The translations under genes and the position numbers were made by a program. Positions 62,718 to 64,000 of a stretch of 64,000 bases of DNA are shown here, piece by piece. Source of the DNA: Zygnema circumcarinatum SAG 698-1b (lineage: Eukaryota; Plantae; Zygnematophyceae); the NCBI GenBank assembly GCA_037447605.1, contig CM074818.1:689422-753421 (forward strand). Reading direction: 5' to 3'. The stretch's first letter is position 1. The number at the start of each line of letters is the position of its first letter. The notes below the pieces were generated by a model. That model did not search any database. It saw only the letters and a list, made by a program, of their open reading frames with translations, and was not told where the DNA came from.

Positions 62718-64000
62718 CTGCAAGCAACAAGGACCGACTTGCCAGTTAGTACTCTGAAGCAAACTGCAGCATGAATCCAGCATTTGACACCCAAGTTTTT
62801 GGCAAAAAACCAACCAGAACCACTTTTTTACAAAACGTGAAGAATCCACTATAGGTTGCACTGCAGAACATAACCACACACGTGGTATAATTGCACATTT
62901 CATTCAACAGTTTATCCTCCTTTAAGCAGTATAACTAGTCACTCAGGTGGAGCTGTAGATTTAGCCCATTTTAGTCTTCACTTATCCGGAATTTCTTCCA
63001 TTTTAGGCTCAATTAACTTTATTACCAGTGCGCCGAGTGAAGCACACTTCCGGTTTGGTAGCTTACCCAAGCACCATCGTATATGTCTGACTTCCTTTTG
63101 GAAATATACGCAGCAACCCAATGCGCCAGCTAGTGCTAACAACCTGCTGTGTCAGCGAGCTATTGGGTCAAAGAAACTTCAGATGTTGCATAAAACAAGC
63201 ACTTCAGTGATGTTTCTTAGCTGGAATGTCTATGGTCAGGTTAACCAATTTGATACGCGCTTCCTGCCTGAGAAGGGGCTATATATATCAACTGAACCCA
63301 GAATTCGGTGCTGGGCGTGGATGCTCCACGAGGCATTTTCACAAAGTGTGGTTGCAAAGAGCATCTCGCTTGCACTACGAAGCGAAGCAAGTTCACGTCA
63401 GGTTCGCTATTCGCATGCTCTCGCCGTCGGTAAGCTTAGACTGCACGTCTGTGCATTCAGGTCTAGCAAAGCTCAATTCGCACTGAAAAGTGACGAAGAA
63501 ACAAGCTGCCAATTAGCAACGAAATGCTGGGTTGCTTACGTTCGGCCATGGCTAGTGGTACGGCAAACTCGACTAGCTGTAACACAGCTTCGCACCACAA
63601 GCTCAGGTGCGAAGCACTTCGCTTCGGTCAGCGTTCGTATGGCTTGCCTGTTTACTTTGCTTGTTTTGGCACGCCCGGCGATACAAAACCTACTTTGGAC
63701 CAGAATACGTTGGTATATATGTGGTAATATTCTGCTCAAACCAGAAAACACTAGGGTCAATTTGGTAAGTGGCCCTGGTAGTCGGACAACCACCAGGAAT
63801 TCAAATCCAAGAAAACGAGTGAGTAATTGCTCAAGCGCGCAAAGACCTACAGACATTAGGGCAAAGGCTAAACTGAGTTTGGACAAAACCTGTTTTGTCG
63901 GTGTTGAGTGTGATCAACACAATAACACGGAAGTAAAGCAACCTCGGGAAGTAACCGCTTATGCTAGGCGGGCTCGGAGGTCCCGTAGTNNNNNNNNNNC

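Overview
Eukaryotic nuclear DNA, most likely a streptophyte (charophyte-grade) green alga or early-diverging plant. This is inferred from myosin XI, plant-type KEA4/5/6 and NHD1 antiporters, TTTAGGG-type repeats, very high intron density and a G8-domain protein; the species cannot be identified from the sequence alone. Manual splicing gives, in order: the 3' end of a Ty1/copia pol with LTR pieces (1-2755); the last two exons of an NhaD/NHD1 Na+/H+ antiporter (+); two foldback/MULE-like elements sharing one target site, with a MITE nested in one; a 21-exon secreted G8/beta-helix protein with a bacterial-type beta-sandwich and Pro-rich tail (+); an 18-exon NUP85 (+); the 5' half of NHD1 (-); a 19-exon KEA4/5/6-type K+/H+ antiporter (+); a 5-exon ornithine decarboxylase with a GC-AG intron (-); and the tail half of a myosin XI (-). 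Introns are packed with GA/CT microsatellites and telomere-like repeats, so most long ORFs in the supplied track are spurious. The assembly is imperfect. The two NHD1 halves point in opposite directions across two 100-N gaps, which suggests the 30.6-kb block 2856-33477 is mis-oriented, and KEA has near-identical duplicated segments at 10-N gaps. The best leads are: (i) a strand-aware polarity of intronic purine/pyrimidine tracts, with complementary tracts that could structure pre-mRNA; (ii) the G8 protein's domain mosaic; (iii) the shared-target double transposon insertion; and (iv) the head-to-head NHD1-KEA pair with a G-box cluster. All homology calls come from motif recognition by eye; no searches were run.
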